Assembly (NCBI GenBank): GCA_965197475.1
Contig: CBDANF010000003.1
Coordinates: 672,001 to 736,000 of the forward strand
Source of the DNA: Candidatus Poribacteria bacterium
GTDB lineage: Bacteria > Poribacteria > WGA-4E > WGA-3G
Direction of reading: 5' to 3'
DNA length: 64,000 nucleotides
This document shows, piece by piece, positions 29,268-38,927 of this stretch (the stretch's first letter is position 1; each line of letters opens with the position of its first letter). The notes under the pieces are model-generated. The model did not search any database. It was given only the letters and a program-made list of their open reading frames with translations, and had not been told where the DNA came from. A program made the position numbers and the translations under genes.

Positions 29268-29621
29268 GGGGGTGACACCAGGTTTCGACGGAGGTAATTG
29301 CGATACAGGTTGCATGTCGAGGTCTCCGCAGGCCTCGTAAAATAGGCGGAACAATAATAATTGCTGATCAAGAATTAGCACTAGCTGCCTAAACTCAGCT
29401 ACGCTTGGTTGACTTGTTTCCCGTCAGGGATGCTAAAGCGCCGCAATACGGGATAGCGGTTTGGTTGTTCTCAAGGGACATTCCGCGAAGTTTAACTTGA
29501 GATAGCCTTTTATGGATCCTGCACAGGGGAGTCTAAAAGGCGAAACTCAAATCCTGTGATAAACATGTAGGAACCTCTATCAATATGCTTTCGGACGCGG
29601 GTTCGATTCCCGCCACCTCCA
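29268..29621 (+). ncRNA. ssrA: tmRNA; tag peptide (A)DQELALAA at 29363-29392
   Basis: 5' GGGGGTG..GGTTTCGAC, 3' GGACGCGGGTTCGATTCCCGCCACCTCCA; internal ORF GCT GAT CAA GAA TTA GCA CTA GCT GCC TAA; follows smpB. Confidence 0.95.
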
Positions 29622-29833
29622 TCGCCAATTGGCACAAAAATTTTTGGTTCAGACAAATTGACGCATACCTACATTTGTCAACAACCGAAAACGAAATTTT
29701 TACTATCTTTTCGCGGATAAACTGTTTCTATAATCATAGACTATACTTCAAAACACTTTGACATTTTTCGCAGCTATCTCGGCGTTTGCGTAGGACAATT
29801 CATTGCCCTTTTACATTCACGGGGTGTAGCACG

Positions 29834-30226
29834 ATGGCAGATTTTGAAAATCTACCAACCCGCATACAACGGATTGTTAAAGCAGAATTGCAGTCTGACG
29901 AACAGATCTGTTTGTGTATCCTTGGTCGTTCCTCGCTGCTGCACCCCGATTTTGTGTTGATTACCACGTTACGGGTGCTAATCTTAGACGAGCGGTATAT
30001 GGGAAGTCTCGCAATTTCTTACGCCAATATCCGGTGTAATGTGTTTTTTAGTGAGATAAGTGCCGTAAAACTTGCTCGATTCCTGAAACATCGATTATTA
30101 GGGCAGGCACGGCTTGAAATAAACGTCAAACGTAATATGTATTGGATTGACAACATGAGTTTTCGTGAAGCGCGCGGCGCGCGCCAGCTCATCACCGAAC
30201 AGATAGAGAGGTACAATTATGGGTGA
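29834..30226 (+). CDS. Bacterial PH-domain protein
   Basis: L.SDE.I...[10 protein letters not shown] pattern typical of bacterial PH domains; overlaps next gene. Confidence 0.6.
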   Translation: MADFENLPTRIQRIVKAELQSDEQICLCILGRSSLLHPDFVLITTLRVLILDERYMGSLAISYANIRCNVFFSEISAVKLARFLKHRLLGQARLEINVKRNMYWIDNMSFREARGARQLITEQIERYNYG

Positions 30227-30974
30227 TTTTTGGACTTACCTAACTGTAACATATAATGTGTGGTTTACTGCGCCACTTGCTGTCGTCTTTCTGTTCGCAA
30301 TTTTTCGGCTTGTCCTCGGTGGTTTAGACTTCGGGGATGCCGACTTAGATGCGGATGTTGATGCGGATGTTGACTTTGACGTTGATGCGGATGTTGACTT
30401 TGATGTCGACGCTGACATTGATATTGACGTAGATGCCGATGTGGATGTTGATGCTGACATTGATGCCGACGCAGATGTAAGTGCGGATTCAGGGGTAAGC
30501 GGCAATTCTTTTGCCGACGTATTGGGCTTTCTAAATGTAGGAAGAGTTCCCTTTATGGTGATGATGATGTCGCTCTTTACAATCTGGAGTTTCACTGGAC
30601 TAATCGTCAATGAAATCCTTGGTGTCAAGAATACCCCAAACTTTTTCTGGATATCTTGTGCGTTGGCACTTGTATGTGGTGTGTTAGGTACTCGGTACTT
30701 ATCGCTTACACTCGCAAAGATTTTTCCCGAAAGTGATCCAGCTACGAAGGATCTGCATCTACTCGGATTGCAGGGCAGGGTAATTAGCGGGCAAATCACA
30801 ACGACTTTTGGAACCGCGCGGGTGCAAGTTCCGGACGGTCATACATTAACGGTGAGATGTCGCGTCAAACCCGACGAACCAAATCCAGTAAAGGGCGATA
30901 CTGTAATTTTAGTAAACTACGATTCTGATAAACGGATATTTGATGTAAAACCATCGGAAATGGAATTGCACTAA
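30219..30974 (+). CDS. YqiJ/NfeD-like membrane protein with (Dx)n acidic linker, flotillin partner
   Basis: [10 protein letters not shown] repeats, [11 protein letters not shown]-terminal OB-fold (GLQGRVISG...GDTVILV). Confidence 0.8.
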   Translation: MGDFWTYLTVTYNVWFTAPLAVVFLFAIFRLVLGGLDFGDADLDADVDADVDFDVDADVDFDVDADIDIDVDADVDVDADIDADADVSADSGVSGNSFADVLGFLNVGRVPFMVMMMSLFTIWSFTGLIVNEILGVKNTPNFFWISCALALVCGVLGTRYLSLTLAKIFPESDPATKDLHLLGLQGRVISGQITTTFGTARVQVPDGHTLTVRCRVKPDEPNPVKGDTVILVNYDSDKRIFDVKPSEMELH

Positions 30975-31021
30975 ATGCCAATTCCTGCTTATTAACCTGA
31001 TACCAGTCAAGGAGATATGAA

Positions 31022-32890
31022 ATGCCGAGCTTATTTGTGCTTATTGTGGGCGGTCTCATTGCGTTGTTTGTTATTTTCGTACTAGTATACAAATCTTTCT
31101 ACAAAAAAGCACCCGCTGACGCAGCGTTGGTGATCTCAGGAGGAAGTAAAAAACGTGTTGTGTTTGGTGGAACTCTCGTTAACCCAATTACAAATACTAC
31201 GCAGCTTATCTCATTAAATACGCTGCAGTTGCCCGTTGAACGGGAAGGTCAAGCGGCTTTGATTACAAAGGACAGTTTGCGGGTTGACATTCAGGCAGAG
31301 TTCTACGTCAAAATTGAACCGAATGAGCAAGATGTGCTTAAAGCAGTAGCTAGTCTTGGTGAAAAAACCCTCACACCGCAGGCAGTGAATACTTTGCTGG
31401 AAGGTAAACTTGTAGGTGTTCTAAGAAGTGTTGCTGCTACCATGGATTTGCAGGAACTCCACGAAAAACGACAGGAATTTTCCGACCAAGTTCAAGAGGC
31501 TTGTCTTGAGGATCTTGAGCAGAACGGATTCAAACTGGAAACAGTTGCTGTTACGAACCTTGACCAAACCCCTCTTGAGGCACTTGACGAAAACAACCGA
31601 TTTGATGTTGTTGCAATCCAGACGATCAAGAAGGAAGTGGAAGAAAAACAGACTGAAACGGCTAAGATTGAACATGAAAACAAGGTAAGACGGGAAGCGG
31701 ACCGTCTTAAAGCGGAACTTGAAATTAAGCAAAAGGAAGAGGAAACAGAAACCGAAGGTTTAGAGGTAGAAAAACGACTTGATTTTGCACAGGAAGAGCA
31801 ACGTCAGGAAATCGCTACCAACAAGGCTGAACAGGAACGTGCTGTTGAGGCACATAAGTTTGAGCAACTGCAAGCGGTTGAGGAAGCACGTATTAAACAG
31901 GAACAAGCTGTAAAATCGGCTGAAATCGCACAGACTCAAAAAATAGAGATGGAACGCATTGAACAGGAACGACAGGTTGAAGAAAGCGAAATCTTACAAA
32001 AGCAGACTGTCGAAATCGCCCGTGTTCAACAACAGCAAATGGTTGAAGAAGCCGAAATTCAACGAAATCTAAGTATTGAAAAAGCTAAGATTGATCAAGA
32101 GGCAACTGTCAAGGAAACTGACATTGAACGTAAAATTATACTCCTTGACAAGGAACGTGAAGAAAAAGAAGCTGAGGCACAAAACGCTATTCTGATTTCC
32201 CTTAAGGAAAAAGAACTTGAGGCTGCCCTTATTGAACTCTTGCAAGTTTCAGCCGAGAAAGCACGTGCTGAAGCCGCCGTTGAAACAGCTGAAGCAATTG
32301 AAAAAGCGGAACGTGAAAGCAAAGTAGAGTTGATTCGTGCCGAACAAGAGGCGGACGAAGAGAGAATTGCTAAGGAAAAGAACGCTGACGCTGAAGCATA
32401 CGCTGTTGTTGAAGCTGCAAAAGCGGAACTGGAGGCGGCTCAAGTCCAATCGCAGGCAACAAGAATTCTGGCAGAAGCACTCCTTGTTGAAGCCAAAGCT
32501 CAAGCCGATGGTGAAGAGGCATTAATTAACTCGAAAAATCAGGCTGAACCTCAAGTGCTTGTCAGTGATGCTGTACTGGCACTCGTGGAAGTCTTACCTC
32601 AAGTCACGAATGAGTTAATGAAACCTGCAGAACGTATTGAAAGCATTCGCGTTCTTGACTTAGGTGGAAATAGCGGTGGCAACGGTGGTTCGGGAGGAAT
32701 GAACCGCATCCTTAGCTCTATTGTCAACGCTGGTGCCGCAATGCCACTTCTCAAGGAACTGGTAAACTTCAGTGGTCTTGACACGGCAAAGATTGGGCAG
32801 ACTATTCAGGATTATGCAAAGGGATTAAACCGCAGTGCCGTTTCTAATACGGATTCGGATTCTGACGGTTCGGACCCTGTTTCTGATTAA
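31022..32890 (+). CDS. Flotillin/SPFH family protein (YqiK-like)
   Basis: ALITKDSLRVDI..EFYVK, DLEQNGFKLETVAVT.LDQT, long E/A-rich coiled coil, KPAERIESIRV. Confidence 0.9.
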   Translation: MPSLFVLIVGGLIALFVIFVLVYKSFYKKAPADAALVISGGSKKRVVFGGTLVNPITNTTQLISLNTLQLPVEREGQAALITKDSLRVDIQAEFYVKIEPNEQDVLKAVASLGEKTLTPQAVNTLLEGKLVGVLRSVAATMDLQELHEKRQEFSDQVQEACLEDLEQNGFKLETVAVTNLDQTPLEALDENNRFDVVAIQTIKKEVEEKQTETAKIEHENKVRREADRLKAELEIKQKEEETETEGLEVEKRLDFAQEEQRQEIATNKAEQERAVEAHKFEQLQAVEEARIKQEQAVKSAEIAQTQKIEMERIEQERQVEESEILQKQTVEIARVQQQQMVEEAEIQRNLSIEKAKIDQEATVKETDIERKIILLDKEREEKEAEAQNAILISLKEKELEAALIELLQVSAEKARAEAAVETAEAIEKAERESKVELIRAEQEADEERIAKEKNADAEAYAVVEAAKAELEAAQVQSQATRILAEALLVEAKAQADGEEALINSKNQAEPQVLVSDAVLALVEVLPQVTNELMKPAERIESIRVLDLGGNSGGNGGSGGMNRILSSIVNAGAAMPLLKELVNFSGLDTAKIGQTIQDYAKGLNRSAVSNTDSDSDGSDPVSD

Positions 32891-33040
32891 ATCGGTTAGG
32901 TCTTTCGTAGTCTACTTATTTCAAAGCGTTACAGCGTTTGTTGTCGCGCATTTAATTGTGTTTCTTTGAAACTATGAGGATATCTTCATCTTGGAGCAAA
33001 TTCCACTTCGGAGATACCCTTAACGCACAAGGGTGAGCCA

Positions 33041-33451
33041 ATGGTTGATGTTAAAATTGACAGTATCCGTGCCGACAAGAACAACGGAACACCGGTAGTT
33101 GTTTTGGAAGAGATAGATGGAGATCCTAAACGAAAAATGGCGATATGGATCGGTGACAGTGAAGCTTTAGCAATCAAATCTGGCTTGGAAAAGACATCAT
33201 TTCCACGTCCTATGACTCACGATCTGCTCAAGGATATCGTTGATACGCTCTCAGCTACGGTAACTGCTATCTACATCAACGCAGTTGAAGAGTCAACCTT
33301 TTATGCTAAGGTGAAACTCAAATCGAACAGCCAAGAATTCGACATAGATTCGCGACCGAGTGATGCCCTTGCCATCGCAATCCGATATAACGTACCAATC
33401 TATGTGGAAAACAATGTGATTGAAAAAAACGGATTCTTTGAAAAGGAGTAA
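33041..33451 (+). CDS. Bifunctional nuclease family protein (DUF151)
   Basis: IWIG..EA, RPMTHDL, DSRPSDALA. Confidence 0.9.
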   Translation: MVDVKIDSIRADKNNGTPVVVLEEIDGDPKRKMAIWIGDSEALAIKSGLEKTSFPRPMTHDLLKDIVDTLSATVTAIYINAVEESTFYAKVKLKSNSQEFDIDSRPSDALAIAIRYNVPIYVENNVIEKNGFFEKE

Positions 33452-33455
33452 TAAT

Positions 33456-33950
33456 ATGGTTGAAGTTAAGATTGAATTTCTTACCATTGATCAGAACACT
33501 AACACACCGGTCGTTGTCTTAAAAGAAAAAGAAGGCGACTCTAAACGGATATTGCTGATATGGATCGGCAGGCCGGAAGCATGGGCAATAGAGGCTTGGC
33601 TTAAAAAAGAGCCTATGCAACGCCCAATGACACACGATCTATTTAAGAATGTGTTTGACGCAATCTCCGGCAAGGTAAATTCCATCTGTATCAATGCTGT
33701 TGAAAAGTCAACCTTCTATGCACAGGTAAGGCTTGAATTGAACGGGCAAGAATTCGACATAGATTCACGACCGAGTGACGCGCTTGCCCTCGCAATTCGG
33801 TGTGAAGCACCAATTTATGTTGAGGAGGAAGTCATTGAAGAAAACGGTTTCCTTGAAGCGGAAGTGAAAAAAGGGAAACCAACACCGCGCGACGCTAAAG
33901 ATGTATTAGAAAATCTGGATGATGAAATTGTAAAACATTACACAGTTTAG
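33456..33950 (+). CDS. Bifunctional nuclease family protein (DUF151), tandem paralogue
   Basis: Same motifs; AAAGGAG RBS before ATG 33456. Confidence 0.9.
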   Translation: MVEVKIEFLTIDQNTNTPVVVLKEKEGDSKRILLIWIGRPEAWAIEAWLKKEPMQRPMTHDLFKNVFDAISGKVNSICINAVEKSTFYAQVRLELNGQEFDIDSRPSDALALAIRCEAPIYVEEEVIEENGFLEAEVKKGKPTPRDAKDVLENLDDEIVKHYTV

Positions 33951-34117
33951 CCAGAGACTCGTAGATCAAGAAATCTTTGACGTATCTTCGTGTCCAGGAG
34001 TTTGTTACCGGACTTCCTGAGCATTTGCACGCTGTGTAGAATCCTCTTTTTCCAGTTGTTGCCTTTGTGTCAACAGGCTGACTCCATACGCTGCTTACTG
34101 TTGAAGACGAACTCACC

Positions 34118-35023
34118 ATGGAAAACTCATATAGCAAAAACTGCATCGTGCTCCATGAAAATTGCACAAAAGCCTTGGATACCAGCGACTTTGTCTCAAG
34201 GATAGACCTATCCTTTCTTGATCCACCCTTCAATCAGGACAAGGCGTACAATGCATGGGACGATAATCTGCCGCCAGAGAAATATTGGGAGTGGATGCAA
34301 GTAGTATGTGCCAAAATCTATGCGTTGACTTCCGATGGCGGTGCTATCTATTTTATGCAACGCGAAAAAAATACAGAATTCGTTTTGCAATGCTTACGCG
34401 ATAGTGGATGGGCTTTTCAAAATCTAATCGTCTGGAAAAAGAAAACCTCAGCGATCCCAGGAATAAGTCGTTTTGGCAAACACTATCAAATAATAGCGTT
34501 TGCAACGAAAGGCAAAACACCACGTGTTTTCAATCGTCTACGCATTGATCCACCACTGCCAGCAGATTACAAGTACACGCGTGAAAACGGTATGTATGTT
34601 ACCGACGTATGGGATGATATACGGGAGTTAACTTCTGGTTATTTTGCGGGTGATGAAGCATTACGCGATGCGGAGGGAAATCGCCTGCACAAACAGCAAA
34701 CTCCCATTCAACTTCTTTTACGGATTATCCTCTCCTCCACAAATCCCGGTGATGTTGTTCTTGATCCGTTTGCGGGCTCTGGCACAACGTTTGTTGTGTC
34801 AGAACAATTAGAACGAAAATCGATCGGTATTGAAATTGACTCCCACAACGTAAAACTTATCCAAAACAGACTCGCTGAACAGAGAGAATCGGATGATGTC
34901 TCTCGCTTTCTTAAAGATTATGCATGTACCCCGGACTTAGAAGCAATTTGGGGAAAGGAACAATCAGTGCCACATAATTCGGATTTTTCTAAGCAGATAA
35001 AACTTTTTGAATCAAAGCAATAA
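34118..35023 (+). CDS. N4/N6 DNA methyltransferase (beta class)
   Basis: LDPPFN, HKQQTP, DPFAGSGTT. Confidence 0.9.
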   Translation: MENSYSKNCIVLHENCTKALDTSDFVSRIDLSFLDPPFNQDKAYNAWDDNLPPEKYWEWMQVVCAKIYALTSDGGAIYFMQREKNTEFVLQCLRDSGWAFQNLIVWKKKTSAIPGISRFGKHYQIIAFATKGKTPRVFNRLRIDPPLPADYKYTRENGMYVTDVWDDIRELTSGYFAGDEALRDAEGNRLHKQQTPIQLLLRIILSSTNPGDVVLDPFAGSGTTFVVSEQLERKSIGIEIDSHNVKLIQNRLAEQRESDDVSRFLKDYACTPDLEAIWGKEQSVPHNSDFSKQIKLFESKQ

Positions 35024-35884
35024 ATGACTTACTCAATCTACCACTTTTTCGCTCACTTGTGTCAGAAAAAAGAGGAACTCTACTCAGTAGAAAAACTTGA
35101 TAGTTTCCCATTTGATACACAAATGCTCTCTTGTGTTAATACAGGAATTTTTCCAGATTTAGCCATAAAACTCAATAGAGGCAATTTGCAGTTTACTGGT
35201 GGGGAATTAATTGAACTCAAAGATAGCACAAAAGGATATTCAGTCGCTTCTTTTAATTCAACGATTCCGACAGGTGAAAAGGATATTCAAAAATTAACTA
35301 CGGGCACTACGAATACTATTCGAACGCAGATGCAAGAAGCAGGTAATGATATATTTTCCTTGCCGACTCGCCAAGTTTTCTATCTGATTCGTGGGAGAAA
35401 ACAAGTAAATGTAAAAGCATGCTTGACTCACGGAAAATTTTTTGAGACAGTACCAGTTTCAAAACTGATTTCAGAATCATTTTCACAAGCTCTAGAAGAA
35501 CGTTTAGACGAGCTCGGGGAATCTTTGTCGGTACAAATGAGACAAAAATTGTTAGATCTGTTCAGTGAACAACAAACCTTCAGCAGAGTGAGAAACGTAG
35601 ATGATGCCTCAGTGAGGCTCCGTTTTCGTATTATGACCGAAGTTAAAGCTGGGGCAAACATTTTGAATCCGAATCAGTATCCTCAAATTCTTGACAATAC
35701 GCTGAACTTTGGAGTGCCGTGTCATGGTAAAACCGAGCAGAATCAACAACACGATAAAATGAGAATTGCCTTTGAGGAAATGAAATGTGAAAATTTATTT
35801 TCACAAATGCAAGTTTTTAATCTCCAACACCATTTTAATGGGAATTTTCTCATTTTTCAGGCTAATCTATCAGTAGATGTATAA
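35024..35884 (+). CDS. Putative type II restriction endonuclease
   Basis: FPDLAI...IELKDS PD-(D/E)xK-like motif; directly abuts a methyltransferase and precedes another. Confidence 0.55.
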   Translation: MTYSIYHFFAHLCQKKEELYSVEKLDSFPFDTQMLSCVNTGIFPDLAIKLNRGNLQFTGGELIELKDSTKGYSVASFNSTIPTGEKDIQKLTTGTTNTIRTQMQEAGNDIFSLPTRQVFYLIRGRKQVNVKACLTHGKFFETVPVSKLISESFSQALEERLDELGESLSVQMRQKLLDLFSEQQTFSRVRNVDDASVRLRFRIMTEVKAGANILNPNQYPQILDNTLNFGVPCHGKTEQNQQHDKMRIAFEEMKCENLFSQMQVFNLQHHFNGNFLIFQANLSVDV

Positions 35885-35975
35885 AGGGAATTAGCGCATG
35901 GAATTTCCTTAGGTGATAGTTATGTATTCAATTGGATCATCCACCTAAAACTCTGCTTTTAAATGGACATTATTC

Positions 35976-37133
35976 ATGGCTTCAATGCAATTAGCCTTCG
36001 ATTTCAACCGATCTAACAGTTACGCTGTTCATCTTCCTACCTACACGAACGAATTTTGGACAGCAAAACAACGCGCCGGGCATTCTATTCATGAAATTTC
36101 ATATCGCGCCTGTTACAAGCCGCAATTACCCGCATATTTTATACAAAAGTTCTGCAAACCGGCATCTGTCGTTTACGACCCATTTATGGGACGTGGTACC
36201 ACCTTGATAGAGGCACAACTTCACGGACACAGAGCCATCGGCAATGACATAAACCCATTATCTCAAGTTCTCACATTTTCTCGCCTCAACCCGCCTACGT
36301 TAACTGATATTGAAAAAAGATTGTCTGAGATTGACCTGTCAAACGGTGCCGAAATTGATCCAGACCTCTTAGTCTTTTTCCATGAAGATACACTCAGCGA
36401 AATTTATGGGTGGCAAACTTATTTTCAACAGGAACAACTTGACGCGGTTGATGCATGGTTACAGATGGTCGCGTGTAGTCGTCTCACAGGACACTCTTCA
36501 GGTTTTTTCTCTGTGTTTACCCTGCCACCGAATCTTGCAGCTTCGGTTACTTCCCAGCGGAAAATCAACGAAAAACGGAATCAGAAACCTGAATATCGCG
36601 ATACAAAAGCACTGATATACCGAAAATCAAAGCAGTTGTTACGCCACAGCCTCCCTGAGCATTTTTGGCGGAACGATGCTATACTTCTTATTGAATCTGC
36701 TGATGATACCCCCCAAATCCCAGACGAATCGGTTGATCTCGTTGTCACCTCACCCCCTTTTCTTGATACTGTTGACTATGTGCAGGATAATTGGTTACGG
36801 ATGTGGTTTTGTGGCATAGAAATTGACGCAGGCAAAATTTGGCAATTAAAATCGTTAGAGGATTGGGTTGCGCGGATGACGGATGTCTTTGCGGAACTGC
36901 GACGCGTATTGAAACAGGATGGGCAAATTGCGTTTGAAGTAGGAGAGGTACGGAATGGGAGTGTTTTTTTAGAGAACGCTGTCTTCAAAGCGTCTCTGGA
37001 TGCTGGATTTGTGCCTGATAAGTTGATGATTAACGCACAGCATTTCACGAAAACGGCAAATTGCTGGGGTGTCTCTAATAACAGCAAAGGTACAAACAGC
37101 AATCGGATTGTTATTTTGAGAAAAGATAGTTAA
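35976..37133 (+). CDS. DNA methyltransferase (probable N4-cytosine, alpha-type motif order)
   Basis: DPFMGRGTT precedes VTSPPF. Confidence 0.85.
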   Translation: MASMQLAFDFNRSNSYAVHLPTYTNEFWTAKQRAGHSIHEISYRACYKPQLPAYFIQKFCKPASVVYDPFMGRGTTLIEAQLHGHRAIGNDINPLSQVLTFSRLNPPTLTDIEKRLSEIDLSNGAEIDPDLLVFFHEDTLSEIYGWQTYFQQEQLDAVDAWLQMVACSRLTGHSSGFFSVFTLPPNLAASVTSQRKINEKRNQKPEYRDTKALIYRKSKQLLRHSLPEHFWRNDAILLIESADDTPQIPDESVDLVVTSPPFLDTVDYVQDNWLRMWFCGIEIDAGKIWQLKSLEDWVARMTDVFAELRRVLKQDGQIAFEVGEVRNGSVFLENAVFKASLDAGFVPDKLMINAQHFTKTANCWGVSNNSKGTNSNRIVILRKDS

Positions 37134-37154
37134 CAAAGGAAGGAGGTTTGCATT

Positions 37155-38858
37155 TTGGATAAATATCGGTATTGGATTCAACTGCATATATTCTGTATCA
37201 CAACATGCCTAATTTTTGGGAGTGTTGACGCATTTTCAAAAGATATACAGATAGACGATGTTCCCAAAGCCATTCAGAAGATAATTTTTCGTGAAATTGG
37301 GGACATACCGATTGATGACATTGACAGGGAAAAAGATGACGGAGAAGTTTACTATGATGTAGAAGCTGAAGCTAAAGGAATAAGGATTGAACTTGAGATC
37401 GCAGAAGATGGTACAATCAAGGAGAGAGATATTAACGAAGAAATTTCTTTCTCCGAGCTTCCAATCCCTGTCCAAGATACAGTGCATCGGCATGTTGGGG
37501 CGTTGGAAATTGATGACGTGGAACGGAAAACGGAACTTGGCAAAGGTGTTTTTTACGATATTGAAGCTGATGATATGGGTGTAGAGATTGACTTTGAGAT
37601 TGCGGCCGATGGAACTCTGATTGATAAGGATATGAGTGATCCCATTGAGCTTAAGGTCAAACTGAGCGCAAAATCTAAACTTCCTATGCTTGAAGATATA
37701 TCACCCTATCGGGAAGCACTCGTATTTTACGAGTACAACCTTCAGAAACGCGTTGATGGCGAATTCAAAGGGAAGAAGCTGCGAGTTGCACATTGGGCAA
37801 TTTACGACAACGAGTCGCAGCCAATTGGCAAAGCTAAAATCGGATCATCAAAGACACTAAAACTCTATCCATACCAACAATTCAAGGAACTTGAAAGCCT
37901 CTATACGAGTGATACGCTTGAATTAGACGTTGACATACCGCTTTATCACGATATTGGACAGAAAATTCATGAAGACCGATCTATGGATGATAGATTTGAC
38001 TATGATTCTATTCTCTCCGAAAAGATGCCGGTTTTCTGGCAACTGAAGGATCAACTGAAACTGATTGCTTTGGGTGACTCGCGCTGTGAATTGGGTATTC
38101 AAGCGGAGTTGTTTTACGGTGCAGAAAACCGTAAAACCCCGGTTGCGTACAACCTTGCAATTTCAGGGGGGTCGTTGGAGTTTCAGAAAATAGTTGTTGA
38201 TGAATATCTTTTGAAAATACCGAACTTAGAGTGGGTGGTTTATCAAATGTCGCCGCGTGTGGTTAACCGACACTTTGAAAGATCGTCCGAGAGGGAATTG
38301 TTAAGAAGCGACGGTTATGAGTTTGATAAGAAACATGCTGCAAGGCTTTGGCGCAAATCCGATAGTGGTGATGACAAAAAGACAGTTGCCGATATTGTTT
38401 CAATACCGTATGTAGGGGCATACTGGTCTGAACGTCCGTGGGGATGGAAGTACAGAAACGAGATTTGGCAAAATCCTGAAACAGATGATTTGAAGCGGAA
38501 GTGGGAGATCTCTGAAAAAAGGTGGGATCGTCTTTCATCAATGATTGACGTATTAAACGAACGAGACGTTCAGATCTTGATATATCTACCACCATTCCAC
38601 CCTATTATGCGCGGCAAGGATGTCGTTGATGATGACGGAACAACCCTGAAAGGCTATCGGGAATTGGTTGATAGATTACAAAAGTTAGAGAATCAGTTTC
38701 CAAACCTTGTTTTCATTGATTTGAATATGGGAGGGAATCACGATTTTTCACCTGAGATGTTCAAAGACCTTGACCACATGAATGCACTTGGCGCAGGAAG
38801 ATTGACGCAGCAATTGGAAGAAATTAGGCAACGTCACACTAAAAAACATCAAAAATAA
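37155..38858 (+). CDS. Secreted protein: PepSY-like repeats + unknown domain + SGNH/DltD-like domain
   Basis: Two VPKAIQ/LPIPVQ...YDVE...LEIAEDGT repeats; LGDSR, NLAISG, FKDLDHMN (DxxH). Confidence 0.7.
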   Translation: MDKYRYWIQLHIFCITTCLIFGSVDAFSKDIQIDDVPKAIQKIIFREIGDIPIDDIDREKDDGEVYYDVEAEAKGIRIELEIAEDGTIKERDINEEISFSELPIPVQDTVHRHVGALEIDDVERKTELGKGVFYDIEADDMGVEIDFEIAADGTLIDKDMSDPIELKVKLSAKSKLPMLEDISPYREALVFYEYNLQKRVDGEFKGKKLRVAHWAIYDNESQPIGKAKIGSSKTLKLYPYQQFKELESLYTSDTLELDVDIPLYHDIGQKIHEDRSMDDRFDYDSILSEKMPVFWQLKDQLKLIALGDSRCELGIQAELFYGAENRKTPVAYNLAISGGSLEFQKIVVDEYLLKIPNLEWVVYQMSPRVVNRHFERSSERELLRSDGYEFDKKHAARLWRKSDSGDDKKTVADIVSIPYVGAYWSERPWGWKYRNEIWQNPETDDLKRKWEISEKRWDRLSSMIDVLNERDVQILIYLPPFHPIMRGKDVVDDDGTTLKGYRELVDRLQKLENQFPNLVFIDLNMGGNHDFSPEMFKDLDHMNALGAGRLTQQLEEIRQRHTKKHQK

Positions 38859-38927
38859 AGATAGACAAATAAAATGGACGCAATTTCATATTTTGTCTAA
38901 CAGTAGCATAAATATTGGGAATTTGGG

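Noticed and set aside
24641-29700. Integrative element at tRNA-Leu or tmRNA
   Set aside because: No integrase and no duplicated 3' tRNA/tmRNA fragment seen in the window
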